From: Candidatus Aenigmatarchaeota archaeon
GTDB lineage: Archaea > Aenigmatarchaeota > Aenigmatarchaeia > CG10238-14 > SCSR01
NCBI GenBank assembly: GCA_039090665.1
Contig: JAWCSL010000001.1
Coordinates: 23,308-87,307, forward strand
Direction: 5' to 3'
DNA: 64,000 bases
A program made the translations under genes and the position numbers. Shown piece by piece: positions 1 to 10,194 of the stretch. Each line of letters begins with the position of its first letter. Position 1 is the first letter of the stretch. The notes below the pieces were generated by a model. The model did no database searches. It was not told the DNA's origin and worked only from the letters and a program-made list of their open reading frames with translations.

Positions 1-2
1 TG

Positions 3-140
3 ATAAGAGCTTCGATAACAGAACCTGTGGTAAGAATTACGGCAGAAGCAAAAGATGAAAAAAGCTTGGAAAAAATTTTAAATCTTGCCAGAAATCTTTT
101 AAAGAAAGAAATAAATATATGTTCAGCTAAGGTAAAATGA
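3..140 (+). CDS. 3' end of an unidentified CDS (open from window edge, stop TGA 138-140); possibly a ribosomal protein preceding rpoN
   Basis: Frame 3 is open from position 3 to the TGA at 138-140 (…[32 protein letters not shown]…). It lies immediately upstream of rpoN-rpoK, a position usually occupied by rpl13/rps9 in archaea, but the sequence is not recognisable. Confidence 0.3.
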   Translation: MRASITEPVVRITAEAKDEKSLEKILNLARNLLKKEINICSAKVK

Positions 141-150
141 AGGGAAGCTT

Positions 151-345
151 ATGATAATCCCAGTTCGGTGTTTCACTTGTGGCAAGCCAATTGGTCACTT
201 GTGGGAAGAATTCAAAAAAAGGAGAGAAGCAGGAGAAGATTGTGGCAAAATCTTGGATGAACTTGGAGTGAAAAGATATTGTTGCAGACAAGTGTTTTTA
301 GGTACTGTAGAGCTTTTAGGAGAAGTTGATAAGTTCAAACCATAA
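151..345 (+). CDS. rpoN: DNA-directed RNA polymerase subunit N (Rpb10 homolog)
   Basis: The 64-aa protein [21 protein letters not shown]…CCRQ has the classic RpoN/Rpb10 zinc-binding CxxC…CC motif and length. Confidence 0.9.
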   Translation: MIIPVRCFTCGKPIGHLWEEFKKRREAGEDCGKILDELGVKRYCCRQVFLGTVELLGEVDKFKP

Positions 346-414
346 TGTTTTTAACAGTGAAGTGTTAAAAAATATTTACATATAGGTGGTGAAACAATTC
401 TAAAAGATGAGAGG

Positions 415-672
415 ATGATATGGCCAGTTGACAGATTGACAAGATTTGAATTCGCAAGAATACTTGGTGCAAGAGCCTTGCAAATTTCTTTAGGCGCGCC
501 TATCTTGGTGAAGACAGAGGCTACAGAACCTATAGAAATTGCAAAAGCAGAATTCAGGGAGAAAATGGTTCCTATTACGGTAAAAAGGAGGTTGCCGAGT
601 GGGGATGAAATGGTAATTGACATTAAAAAAGCAATAGAAAATTGGATTGAAGAGCATGGTGGGAAGATCTAA
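415..672 (+). CDS. rpoK: DNA-directed RNA polymerase subunit K (Rpb6 homolog)
   Basis: RFEFARILGARALQISLGAP is the signature Rpb6/RpoK core. It is adjacent to rpoN as in archaeal operons. Confidence 0.85.
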   Translation: MIWPVDRLTRFEFARILGARALQISLGAPILVKTEATEPIEIAKAEFREKMVPITVKRRLPSGDEMVIDIKKAIENWIEEHGGKI

Positions 673-755
673 AAAGTAAGTTTTTGGTTGAAGTTATAAT
701 TTTTTCATTCTAACATTAACCTACTCTTGAAAACCCTTCTTGATTTCAAATCTTT

Positions 756-3089
756 CTATTTCATATAGTAGGTCAATCTATTGTTTTTTTCTGAAATTTC
801 TGTTTTGAAAAATGGTAGCAAAGGCTTTAGCCTTTCTCTTAAATATTCTCCATAAAACCTTCCCTCGATTTTGGTTCCAGAATTCTCTGAAAAATCTATC
901 TTTTCACCTTCAATCACATAAAAGTCAATAAAACCTGCCGGATATTTCTGATAAATTTTTCTATATTCCTCGTAGGCCTTTTTAATTATCTCTAGTTTAA
1001 AGATTTTTTTCCTGTATTCTTCTGGCTTCTTGCTTAACTTGCCACTAATTTTGTAATGTTCTCTTGGATATTCCAAGTTTTCTATTTTCTTCAATTCCTC
1101 TTTAAATGTCAAAAAGGCTTTATTCAAACCATACTTTACAAAATCTTCAATTATTTTTTCTTCAGCTTTTCTCACAACTATTGGATCTGACTTACTTGCT
1201 CCCCTCCAACCTATTTTTATTATTCTTCCACTTTCTGTAGCCAACGCATGTTTTTTATCCAGGGGAATAAAAACATCTGTATGCTTATTATAGCCGGCCA
1301 ATAAAGTCTTGTATTTTTCATTTAAATCTTTTGAAAAATTTCCTTGAATTTCAGAAATGAACATTCTTGACTTAAAAGGCGAAGAATAAATTACTTTGCA
1401 GCCATCAAATTCTCTATTCAAATTTTTGTAAATTTCAGAAAAAATTTTTAAAAGTTTATCAGAAATATTTTCATCCGTATAAGTTTTTTTTCCAAAATAA
1501 AGACAAGCGCTCACACAGTTTATAGAAAAAGAATATGGATCGAATATAATATTTTTTCCATCTTCGTCCACACCGTAAACTTCTATTTCTTCTTTAAATT
1601 TAATCATTTTTTCGAAAACAGAAGAAATATATGGCCCAAAGAATTCTTGATTTTCTAAGATTACTTTGGGTGCAAAACCAACAAATGGATAAACCCACTT
1701 TCCTTCTATTCTTTCTCCATAATTTTTTGTGAAAATTTTTTCATACGCTCTTATAATCCTTTCCTTTTCTTTTTTTAAACTAGTGTAAGATTTAGTTATT
1801 TTGGGAAAGATTTTGTTCTGAACAAACTCAGAATTGAGAATAGCTTCACCTATATCTTCCATGACTTTTGAAAAAACGTTTTTAATGTCAATTGAATACA
1901 AAATTGGTAGAGCCAAAAAACCCAAATCAAACAATAAAAATTTACTAAGCTTCAAGTGAGCTTCGGCATCTTGAGAATTGTGAATTATTGTTTCAACAAT
2001 TTCTTCTTTAAAATTATGCACATCTAAAGAATCTCTTATTTTATTGTAAATCTCGAAGTTTTTATAATCAGTTTTTTTAAGGGTTTTTTTATCTCCTAAG
2101 AAAAATTCTAACATATCCTCAAGGCTTCTTATTTCTGGATGCAAAAACTTGCAAGTGTAAAGAGAATCTTCAGAAGGAATTATACCTTCAGATGTCACAA
2201 TTTGTATCGTTGGTATAAATCTGTAATAAACTCTAATATCAAACTTATCTGTTGGTCTTTCTTTTATTGATGGAAATGCTTCGCGATCTTTATGTTTTTC
2301 GAGAATTGAAGAACCATGAATAATTTCTATATCTGCTTTCTTTCTGTATTCATAAATTTTTCTAATCAATGTCTTTTCATCAGGAACTATTTCGATATCA
2401 ATTCCATAAGGTTTTAAAACTTTCTTGAAATCATCCAAGAGTTTTTGATTCTCATTTACTACAAGTGTTTTTGAAAAACCGTCACTACTTTTGACAGTAG
2501 CAATTACTATCTTTCCATTGGAAGTTTCATAATCGACTGTGAATAAAACCAACTCCTTTTCCAATTCTTTAAGTTGTTTAATTACATCTTTCCTATTTTC
2601 TGGAAAATCTTGAGAAAATTTAATTAGCTTTCTATCTTTTCCACATTCCTCATAACATAAGCGTGTTTTTAGATAATAACCAATTTTTTTAGAAAAAACT
2701 TCTTTTTCTAATTTTGAAAGGAAATGTTCTTGTTTTCTTGAATCCGAGACCCTATCTTCTATCCCAATTATTCCTTGAATCGAGTTAAGTTTAAGTTTCA
2801 ACTCTTCCATTTCTCTTCTTTTCCCTTCAAAATAAAAAGATATCAGAGAAGCTTTCTTTGGGTTCATCATGTTGTAAATTACATCATCAATAACTAGCAA
2901 ATCCTCAAAATCTCCTAACTTTCTTATTTTTTCCAAAATTTCCTCCTTTTTTTCAGGATCAACAAAAACTCTAATTCTTTTCTTAAATTCTTCTTTGACC
3001 AAAAGAGGTTCTTTGTTTTTGAAATAAAAACAAACTTCATTTTTTCTTATGGCTATGCCTATCGGCCCATAAACATCAATTTCTTTCAT
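756..3089 (-). CDS. Large (~778 aa) protein with a family-B DNA polymerase-like layout but degenerate exonuclease/polymerase motifs (possibly an inactivated PolB paralog)
   Basis: The start is re-placed at the ATG at 3089 (MKEIDVYGPIG…) to avoid overlap with the divergent gene at 3136. An ExoI-like LFTVDYETSNGKIVIAT resembles FDIET. An ExoII-like region, EKTLIRKIYEYRKKADIEIIHG, lacks YNGxxFD. A motif-A-like EDSLYTC replaces DxxSLYPS, a motif-B-like KVILENQEFFGPY replaces KxxxNSxYG, and a motif-C-like VYGVDEDGKNIIF replaces YGDTDS. The gene certainly codes for protein; the PolB homology is inferred by eye. Confidence 0.4.
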   Translation of the reverse strand: MKEIDVYGPIGIAIRKNEVCFYFKNKEPLLVKEEFKKRIRVFVDPEKKEEILEKIRKLGDFEDLLVIDDVIYNMMNPKKASLISFYFEGKRREMEELKLKLNSIQGIIGIEDRVSDSRKQEHFLSKLEKEVFSKKIGYYLKTRLCYEECGKDRKLIKFSQDFPENRKDVIKQLKELEKELVLFTVDYETSNGKIVIATVKSSDGFSKTLVVNENQKLLDDFKKVLKPYGIDIEIVPDEKTLIRKIYEYRKKADIEIIHGSSILEKHKDREAFPSIKERPTDKFDIRVYYRFIPTIQIVTSEGIIPSEDSLYTCKFLHPEIRSLEDMLEFFLGDKKTLKKTDYKNFEIYNKIRDSLDVHNFKEEIVETIIHNSQDAEAHLKLSKFLLFDLGFLALPILYSIDIKNVFSKVMEDIGEAILNSEFVQNKIFPKITKSYTSLKKEKERIIRAYEKIFTKNYGERIEGKWVYPFVGFAPKVILENQEFFGPYISSVFEKMIKFKEEIEVYGVDEDGKNIIFDPYSFSINCVSACLYFGKKTYTDENISDKLLKIFSEIYKNLNREFDGCKVIYSSPFKSRMFISEIQGNFSKDLNEKYKTLLAGYNKHTDVFIPLDKKHALATESGRIIKIGWRGASKSDPIVVRKAEEKIIEDFVKYGLNKAFLTFKEELKKIENLEYPREHYKISGKLSKKPEEYRKKIFKLEIIKKAYEEYRKIYQKYPAGFIDFYVIEGEKIDFSENSGTKIEGRFYGEYLRERLKPLLPFFKTEISEKNNRLTYYMK

Positions 3090-3135
3090 AAAATCTACAA
3101 AATGACTTAAATATTTAAATTCTATTTGAATTTTT

Positions 3136-5226
3136 ATGCTGAAAATTAGTTTTACTTCGAGCAAAAGAGTGATAAGAAATCTTTTGGAAGTCGAAGGTCC
3201 ACGCTTATATTGTCTTGCAGTTGACACTTTCAAAGGAGAATATGATAAAAATCTTGCTTTATCTACGTTGGAATTCTTAGAAAAAGAGTTATACTCGAGA
3301 AAAGAAAAAGTTGAATTCTTGAGAAATTTGAATGAAGAAATAAAAAAATTTGAACTTAAATCACCAATTGTCTTATACACTGAAAATTCTTATCCTTATT
3401 CATATTACTTTAGAAGAGAAAAAGAAAGAATAGTTCCAATAAAAAACATAAGAGGTGTTCCACTTGAAAATACAGAATGGATACCCAAGACTTATGAAGA
3501 CTTGAGCTCTAGAATTAATCCTTCTCTAGACATTCTTTACAAAATAATAAACTCTTACAGAAAGGGCAATAAGCCACTGAATTCGATCATGACTATAGTC
3601 CTAGTTACACCTATAGGTCTAATTCCATTCAGTTGCAAAAATTTTGAACCATTGATAAAAATTCAACCGTTTTCAATTATTGATGTAACTAATTACGAGG
3701 CTGTAGAAAAATGGAGCAGAAAAATAAGATTAAGATCAGAATTAATGGGTGAAATTCCTCCTAAAGATTCTAATTTAGAGGCCACAGCATTTGAGTTATA
3801 TTATAACGGAAAAACCAAACCAATAACCTGGGGAAAAATTGAAAAAATTTGTAGCAAGATTCTACTTCGATATTTTATAAATCAGGCAGAAGATTTTATA
3901 CAAAAAAATACACAACAAACAGCAATTCTATTTTTCACAGGCAAAAAATATTTGAATGAGTTTAGAAGAGTTCTTGAGGAGTACAGACTTTATAATCCGA
4001 AATTGGACATAACAAAAGAGTTTTTAAAAAAGCATGCTGGAGATAAAGAATATATGTCATGGGGATTAGGCAGTTCAAATTTAATTGGATATTATTCTAC
4101 AGATGTATGTGGTGTGAGAAAATTTTATCCAGGAAAACTAGAAAGAACTATCAGGGATATTGAAGGAATAGAAAGGGGTGAAATTGTTTACAATTCTTCA
4201 TTGCTAGGTACTCCACCAAGAGATAGAAAATTGCTAAGGTTTTTCGAAATTTGGTTTGATGAAGATTTCAACAAAGAAGAAGTTTATGCCAAGCCTGTGG
4301 AATGTAAAAGAGGCAGTATTTTTTTTGATTTCAATGATAAAAATCTTTGCAGTTCTGAAAAATATTTAGAATGGAAAAAAAGACAAAAAGAAGAAGATGT
4401 GCAAGAATTAGAAAGATTCGTAAGAATTACAAATCCTCTGCAGCAATGGACAGGAATTGTCCAATTAATTCAAGAAAAAATAAAAAAAGAAATTTATCCT
4501 CTTGATTTAAATAGTAAAGTAAGAGAAGATGGATCTTATGATTACTCTTTCAGTAAATTTAACAAAACTCCTCTGGAGAATGCTTTAGAAGATTTGGGTT
4601 TAACAAGAGAGAAAGAAACGGAAGAAGTGGTAACAGCCTTAGGAATAAAATCCACACTACAAAAACTCGCCAAAATTGGAAAACTAATCCACGATGCCAG
4701 AAGATTTTGTACGATAAGTAAACAAAACTTAATTAACTCCACAGAAGTACCACTCCTCTTAAGCATTGGAAATTATACCTATGGTGATTTCAAAATATTT
4801 GGGATTGTGGATTTTTTAGGAAGAACAGAAGATGGTAAATGTCATATTTGTGATACAAAATTGGAAGCGTCTTTTTCACCTACTAGAGGTCAAAGATACC
4901 AAGTATTAGCAGCAGGTATGGCAATCGAACAGAATTACAATATACGCTTCGATAGCGGAAGCAATTATTATCATACTAGTGTTTTTAGAGAAGGCATTCT
5001 TTTTACTTATTCCTATTTCCCACAAAAAATTCCGGATATTGTGAATGATATGATAGAACAAGTTTACGACTATCATAGAATCATGGATTGTATAAATTCA
5101 AACAATCTAAATCGTATACCGGAATACTTTAAAAAATATTTTATGAGCAAAAAGAGGATGGTAAAGACAGAAAGGTTAGAAAATGTGAGAAAAATTATAG
5201 AAGAGAAACTTTGTGTCCAAGTTTAA
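3136..5226 (+). CDS. Hypothetical 696-aa protein, divergently transcribed from the PolB-like gene
   Basis: A long open frame with consistent AT-rich codon usage. No motif is recognised. A Cys pair (GKCHICDTK) occurs near the C-terminus. Confidence 0.6.
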   Translation: MLKISFTSSKRVIRNLLEVEGPRLYCLAVDTFKGEYDKNLALSTLEFLEKELYSRKEKVEFLRNLNEEIKKFELKSPIVLYTENSYPYSYYFRREKERIVPIKNIRGVPLENTEWIPKTYEDLSSRINPSLDILYKIINSYRKGNKPLNSIMTIVLVTPIGLIPFSCKNFEPLIKIQPFSIIDVTNYEAVEKWSRKIRLRSELMGEIPPKDSNLEATAFELYYNGKTKPITWGKIEKICSKILLRYFINQAEDFIQKNTQQTAILFFTGKKYLNEFRRVLEEYRLYNPKLDITKEFLKKHAGDKEYMSWGLGSSNLIGYYSTDVCGVRKFYPGKLERTIRDIEGIERGEIVYNSSLLGTPPRDRKLLRFFEIWFDEDFNKEEVYAKPVECKRGSIFFDFNDKNLCSSEKYLEWKKRQKEEDVQELERFVRITNPLQQWTGIVQLIQEKIKKEIYPLDLNSKVREDGSYDYSFSKFNKTPLENALEDLGLTREKETEEVVTALGIKSTLQKLAKIGKLIHDARRFCTISKQNLINSTEVPLLLSIGNYTYGDFKIFGIVDFLGRTEDGKCHICDTKLEASFSPTRGQRYQVLAAGMAIEQNYNIRFDSGSNYYHTSVFREGILFTYSYFPQKIPDIVNDMIEQVYDYHRIMDCINSNNLNRIPEYFKKYFMSKKRMVKTERLENVRKIIEEKLCVQV

Positions 5227-5230
5227 AAAT

Positions 5231-6940
5231 TCACATTTTTTCCAAAGGCTTAATTCCAAGCAATTCAAGAGCTTGACCCAAAACAATTTTTGTTGCTTTC
5301 ACTAGAGTGAGCCTGAAATTTCTCTTCTCTTCACTTTCAGCTTTAAGCACAGGATTTGTTTCATAAAACCTGTCAAAAACATTGGCAAGTTCATAAACAT
5401 AATTGCAAATATAATGTGGTTTTAAATCTCTTCCAGCATCTCCCACTACTTTTTCAAATTTCATCAAAGTTTTTATTAACTCTTTTTCACTTTCACTAAA
5501 TTCCCTTACTTTGAACTTCAGTTTGAATTTCCCAGCTTTCCTCAATATTCCAGCACACCTTGTGTGAGCATATTGTAAGTAGGGGCCAGTGTCTCCTTCA
5601 AGCTTGAGCATTTGTTCCCAATCAAAAGTTATTGTTTTTTCTGGTTCAATTCTCACAATAGCATATTTCAAAGCCCCAATTCCTATAGCTTCAGCAATTT
5701 CTCTCTTTTCCTTTTCCGAAAACTTTCCTTTTCTTTTTTCAATTTCCATGTAAGCCATTTCTACAAGCTTATTGACAACTTCATCCAGCATCACAGCTCT
5801 ACCTTCTCTAGAAGACATTTTTCCTTCAGGCAAGCGAACAAGATCAAAAGAGAAGTGTTTGCAGTTTTTTACCCACTTATAACCGAGTAATTCCAAAATC
5901 TTGAAGAGCTGTTTGAAGTGCAATGTTTGTTCATTTGAAACAACCCACACATGCTTGTCAAGTTTATACTTTTCAAATCTATGAACAGTCATACCTAAAT
6001 CGCTTGTTATATATAGGCCAGTGCCGTCAGATCTCAACAAAATTGTGTCGGGCAATCCAAATTTTTCTAGTCTTGAAACAACAGCACCATCTTCTGTTTT
6101 TCTCATGATCTCTTTCTTTAAACCTTCTTGAATTATTTTCTTTCCTAGATCTCTGAAATCGCTCTCATAAAAGTAAACATCAAAATTTATCCCAAGTCTA
6201 CGATAAGTTTCTTCAAAACCTTTGACACACCAATTCACAATCTCCTTCCATATCTTTTTCAATTTTTTGTCTTTTTCTATTTCAAATTTTCTCAAGTTTT
6301 CCCTTGCTTTTTCTTCTAGGCTTGGATCATTTTTTGCTTCTTCATGGAACTTGACATAAAGATTCCATAACCAAACATCAGGCTTTCCGTTTGGTTTTTC
6401 TCCTTTTGCCCAAGTTAAGTAAGCCGTGACAAGCTTTGCAACTTGAAGACCAACATCATTCATCAAATTAGCTCTTATCACATCATAACCCAAAAATTCT
6501 AGAATTCTTGCAAGCGAATCTCCAAGAAAAGTTCCTCTTGCGTGTCCTATATGCATCGAGTGCACAGGATTGGGTTGTGAAAACTCTATCATTACCCTTT
6601 CTTTTTTCTTTGCTAACTTCTTCTTCTTCATCACTTTCTTCAAAACAAGCTCGGAAATTTTTTGATAATCAAAAAAGAAATTAAGGTATCCAGCTTTAGC
6701 CTCAACTTTTTCAATAAATGAACCTTTCGGGATTTTTATTCTTTTAGCAAGCTCTTCTGCAATTTCGTTTGGATTTCTCCTTTCTTTCTTAGCCAAATCA
6801 AAACAAGGAAAAGCTATGTCACCAAATTCTTTTACTTTTGGTACCTCAAGTCTTATTTCTTTGATTCCTACTTTTTTCAAAATTCTTTCTATCTCTTTTT
6901 CAATCATATAATCAAATTGTTCAAACAAAAATAAAATCAT
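5231..6940 (-). CDS. argS: Arginyl-tRNA synthetase
   Basis: The class I HIGH region SQPNPVHSMHIGHARGTFLGD matches ArgS (PTGPLHIGHAR). The length of about 560 aa and the C-terminal …KM are typical. An alternative start is the ATG at 6907 (MIEKEIERIL). Confidence 0.9.
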   Translation of the reverse strand: MILFLFEQFDYMIEKEIERILKKVGIKEIRLEVPKVKEFGDIAFPCFDLAKKERRNPNEIAEELAKRIKIPKGSFIEKVEAKAGYLNFFFDYQKISELVLKKVMKKKKLAKKKERVMIEFSQPNPVHSMHIGHARGTFLGDSLARILEFLGYDVIRANLMNDVGLQVAKLVTAYLTWAKGEKPNGKPDVWLWNLYVKFHEEAKNDPSLEEKARENLRKFEIEKDKKLKKIWKEIVNWCVKGFEETYRRLGINFDVYFYESDFRDLGKKIIQEGLKKEIMRKTEDGAVVSRLEKFGLPDTILLRSDGTGLYITSDLGMTVHRFEKYKLDKHVWVVSNEQTLHFKQLFKILELLGYKWVKNCKHFSFDLVRLPEGKMSSREGRAVMLDEVVNKLVEMAYMEIEKRKGKFSEKEKREIAEAIGIGALKYAIVRIEPEKTITFDWEQMLKLEGDTGPYLQYAHTRCAGILRKAGKFKLKFKVREFSESEKELIKTLMKFEKVVGDAGRDLKPHYICNYVYELANVFDRFYETNPVLKAESEEKRNFRLTLVKATKIVLGQALELLGIKPLEKM

Positions 6941-7851
6941 TCCAGAAATTCAACATCATCAATTATACCGTCAGCATCTCTATCTATGCCTTTAACAACT
7001 CTAGCAAAGCCACCATTAAGCTTGTTACCTTCAGCAACTTTTTTTGAATATTTGACCATGGCAACTATTGCTGCTCTCGTTCCTTTGAACCTTCTTCCTG
7101 ACAAGACCAATACTTTCTTTCCTTTTGCAAAAGGACTTTCAGTTTTGACTATTATGCCAACATCATCTTCAGTGTAAATGTTTTTTGAAAAAGATGAAAC
7201 TATGTTAAAATCGTGTTTTGTGTCAAAATATATTGGCAACTTATCGTTAATTCTATCTATCAAAATGTTAGCTTTTGGTCCACCAATCAAGATTAAATTT
7301 TTTTGAAGATCTTCTTCCCTGACTTGAGTATCTATCTTGTAATTTAGAGTTGAAGATTCCAAAAAAGTACCCAAGAAAAGAGCCAAGTCTATAGCAGCAC
7401 TACCATCAGAAGCTTGAGCTCCATATTTTCCATGTGGGTCTGGCGAACCAACAACAATAAGAGCATTTAACTTGCCTTTTTGAAGGAAAGGAGTCAAGAA
7501 TTCCAACTCTTTTACCCTTGTTTTCATCTCCAGAGCTTCTGAATCAAACAACTTTACTGCAACATAAGGACAAGGAACAGAATAAATTTTTGCCACTGCT
7601 CCTACCCTTTCAACTCTTTTTTCCAATTTCACTATCCCGGCTTTCTCCAACTTTCTCAAATGATAGTATATTTTTTGCTCATGCTGCTTAAGCTTCCTTG
7701 CTATATCCATCGCACAACTAGGCTTTTTTGAAAGTTCTTGTAAAATCTTCATGGAAAGCTCATTGCTCAAAACTTTCAAATTTTTTGGCTCTACAACTAA
7801 GCTCTTAAAAACCTTTTCTCCCTCTTTTCCTTCCTCCACAAAGTAAGGCAT
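6937..7851 (-). CDS. Winged-helix (ArsR-like) transcriptional regulator with a C-terminal ~200-aa domain of unknown function
   Basis: The N-terminus PSCAMDIARKLKQHEQKIYYHLRKLEKAGIV is a wHTH. The C-terminal domain is unrecognised. Confidence 0.5.
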   Translation of the reverse strand: MPYFVEEGKEGEKVFKSLVVEPKNLKVLSNELSMKILQELSKKPSCAMDIARKLKQHEQKIYYHLRKLEKAGIVKLEKRVERVGAVAKIYSVPCPYVAVKLFDSEALEMKTRVKELEFLTPFLQKGKLNALIVVGSPDPHGKYGAQASDGSAAIDLALFLGTFLESSTLNYKIDTQVREEDLQKNLILIGGPKANILIDRINDKLPIYFDTKHDFNIVSSFSKNIYTEDDVGIIVKTESPFAKGKKVLVLSGRRFKGTRAAIVAMVKYSKKVAEGNKLNGGFARVVKGIDRDADGIIDDVEFLE

Positions 7852-8014
7852 ATTTTTTAATAATTTTTTAATGTTATAAAGTTTTTTATAATGGTTTAAA
7901 GTTTTTAAACCCTTTTTTTCTTCTCGAATTCAAACCATTCAACAAAAAATTTTAGGTTTGTTTTTTATGCTATGCTCTCAATTTATTTTATTGGTTTTTG
8001 AGAGGAGCGAGAAG

Positions 8015-8344
8015 ATGAGAATTCAAGAAATTTTCAAGAAGTACGACATAAGGGGCTTATTTCCAGAAGAAATCAATTCAAGAGTTGCTTTCAAGCTTGG
8101 AAGAGCTTTTGGAAGTTTTCTTGGCAAAGGTAAAAAAATTGTGGTTGGAAGAGACAACAGGAAAAGCAGCGCGCTACTGAAAAATTCTCTTGTTGATGGT
8201 TTGATTTTAAGTGGTTGTGATGTTATTGACATAGGTCTTTCAACACCAGATATGGTCGATTGGGGTACAAAGAGCTTGAAAGCTGACGAGAGAGCTGATT
8301 TTGAAATCAATAAATTCGACGAGATTATTACATTACTTTTTTGA
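8015..8344 (+). pseudogene. Truncated N-terminal fragment (~109 aa) of a phosphoglucosamine/phosphomannomutase (GlmM/ManB family)
   Basis: MRIQEIFKKYDIRGLFPEEINSRVAFKLGRAFGSFLGKGKKIVVGRDNRKSS…ILSGCDVIDIGLSTPDM matches PGM/PMM domain I. The frame stops before the catalytic Ser loop (GIMITASHNP), and glmS begins 12 nt downstream. Confidence 0.5.
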
Positions 8345-8355
8345 TGGTAGATTTT

Positions 8356-10125
8356 ATGTGTGGAATTATTGGATACTTTGGTAAAAAAGAGGCCTCACCC
8401 ATTTTATTCAAGGGGCTAAAAATGCTTGAGTATAGAGGCTATGATTCTGCTGGTATGGCCATTTTGGGTCCTAGTGGAATAAAAATAAAAAAAGGTGTTG
8501 GAAAAGTAGATGAAGTGTTTTTTAATTTTAACTTCAAAGATTTTCCTGGAAATATAGGCATAGCTCATACTAGATGGGCAACACACGGAAAAGTTACAAT
8601 AGAGAATGCACATCCACACTTATCAAATAACAGAAAAATTGCTGTAGTTCACAATGGTATAATTGAGAATTATCAAGAACTTAAAAAATTCCTTGAAATA
8701 AATGGTTTTACTTTTTACAGTGAAACTGATACAGAAGTTATCCCAAACCTCATAGAATATGAAATGAGAAAAAATAAAAATTTTGAAGAAGCATGTAAAG
8801 ATGCTTTCAAAGTTTTGGAAGGGAATTATGCAATTATTGCCATTCATGAAGACGAAAATAAAATCATAGCAGCAAGAAGCGGCTCCCCTTTAGTTATAGG
8901 CGTGGGAAATAATGAATACTTTGTTGCAAGCGATATTCCATCTTTTTTAGAATTCACACCAAATGTTATCTATTTGCATGATAAAGATTTTGTTGTAATT
9001 GGTGAAGAACTCAAATTCTTTAATCTTGTTGAAGGAAAAGAGGTAAAGAGAGAGATCAAAAGTGTTGAATGGAGTATAGAAGAAGTAAAAAAAGGAAATT
9101 TTGAACATTACATGCTTAAGGAAATTTCAGAACAAGTTGAAACTATCCAAAGAGCCATAAATCAAGATGAAAAAATTTTAAGAGAAGTTGCTAAGAAAAT
9201 TAAAGAAGCTGACAGAGTTTTTTTAATTGGGTGTGGAACTTCTTACCATGCATGCCTTACAGGAAGTTACCTTTTTTCTAAGATAGCAAAAATGCATATA
9301 AATCCTGTTTTAGCTTCAGAATTCCCAAATTATGAAAACTTCCTAACAGAAAAAACCCTTGTTATAGCGATTTCACAAAGCGGTGAAACAGCAGATGTTT
9401 TGGAAGCTGTAAAAACTGCGAAGAAGAGGGGAAGCAAAATAATTTCAATTGTCAATGTTATTAATTCTTCATTGCATAGAGATTCGGATCAAGCTCTGTT
9501 GATGAATGCAGGCCCAGAAATTTGTGTTTTATCAACGAAAACTTATACATCTCAACTAGCCATTCTAACACTTCTAGCTTATACCTTAGCCGAAAAATAT
9601 GAAGAAGGTAAGAAAAAACTAAGGTATTTATGGAATTTGATTTATAATCTAACTTCCGAAAGCACAAGAGAACATATAAAGAAGCTTGCTGAAAAATTAA
9701 AAGACAAAGAACATTTGTTTTTGATAGGAAGAGGCTTGCAATATCCCACTGCCTTGGAAGCTGCCTTAAAAATAAAGGAAGTTTCTTACATTCATGCAGA
9801 AGCTTTTTCTGGTGGTGAACTCAAGCATGGAAACATTGCTTTGATAGAAGAAAACACTCCTTGCATAGTTTTTGTTTCAGAAGAAAATGAGAAAGAAATT
9901 CTTTTAAATGCTCACGAAATTAAAGCAAGAGGAGGATATATAATTGGTGTTTCCCCTAAAAACAATGAAATTTTTGATTTTTGGATAAAAGTTCCTGAGG
10001 TAGGAGAAACCAATCCCATATGTCAAATAATACCGATTCAAATCCTTGCTTATCAGTTGGCTGTTTTAAGAGGTTACGATCCTGACCATCCTCGCAACTT
10101 GGCAAAATCTGTGACTGTAAAATGA
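8356..10125 (+). CDS. glmS: Glucosamine-fructose-6-phosphate aminotransferase
   Basis: MCGIIGY gives the N-terminal nucleophile Cys2 of a class II glutamine amidotransferase, and two SIS domains follow. The ATG at 8356 gives Met-Cys. Confidence 0.9.
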   Translation: MCGIIGYFGKKEASPILFKGLKMLEYRGYDSAGMAILGPSGIKIKKGVGKVDEVFFNFNFKDFPGNIGIAHTRWATHGKVTIENAHPHLSNNRKIAVVHNGIIENYQELKKFLEINGFTFYSETDTEVIPNLIEYEMRKNKNFEEACKDAFKVLEGNYAIIAIHEDENKIIAARSGSPLVIGVGNNEYFVASDIPSFLEFTPNVIYLHDKDFVVIGEELKFFNLVEGKEVKREIKSVEWSIEEVKKGNFEHYMLKEISEQVETIQRAINQDEKILREVAKKIKEADRVFLIGCGTSYHACLTGSYLFSKIAKMHINPVLASEFPNYENFLTEKTLVIAISQSGETADVLEAVKTAKKRGSKIISIVNVINSSLHRDSDQALLMNAGPEICVLSTKTYTSQLAILTLLAYTLAEKYEEGKKKLRYLWNLIYNLTSESTREHIKKLAEKLKDKEHLFLIGRGLQYPTALEAALKIKEVSYIHAEAFSGGELKHGNIALIEENTPCIVFVSEENEKEILLNAHEIKARGGYIIGVSPKNNEIFDFWIKVPEVGETNPICQIIPIQILAYQLAVLRGYDPDHPRNLAKSVTVK

Positions 10126-10194
10126 GCCAATTTTAAAAGAACAGCAAAACATTCCATTATTTAAACATAAATCAAAAATAATTAAGTGGTTAGT

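Noticed and set aside
756-3380. The track's 874-aa version of the PolB-like ORF, starting at 3380
   Set aside because: Its first ~96 aa overlap the divergent gene at 3136 and have low-complexity composition. The ATG at 3089 gives a clean intergenic promoter region.
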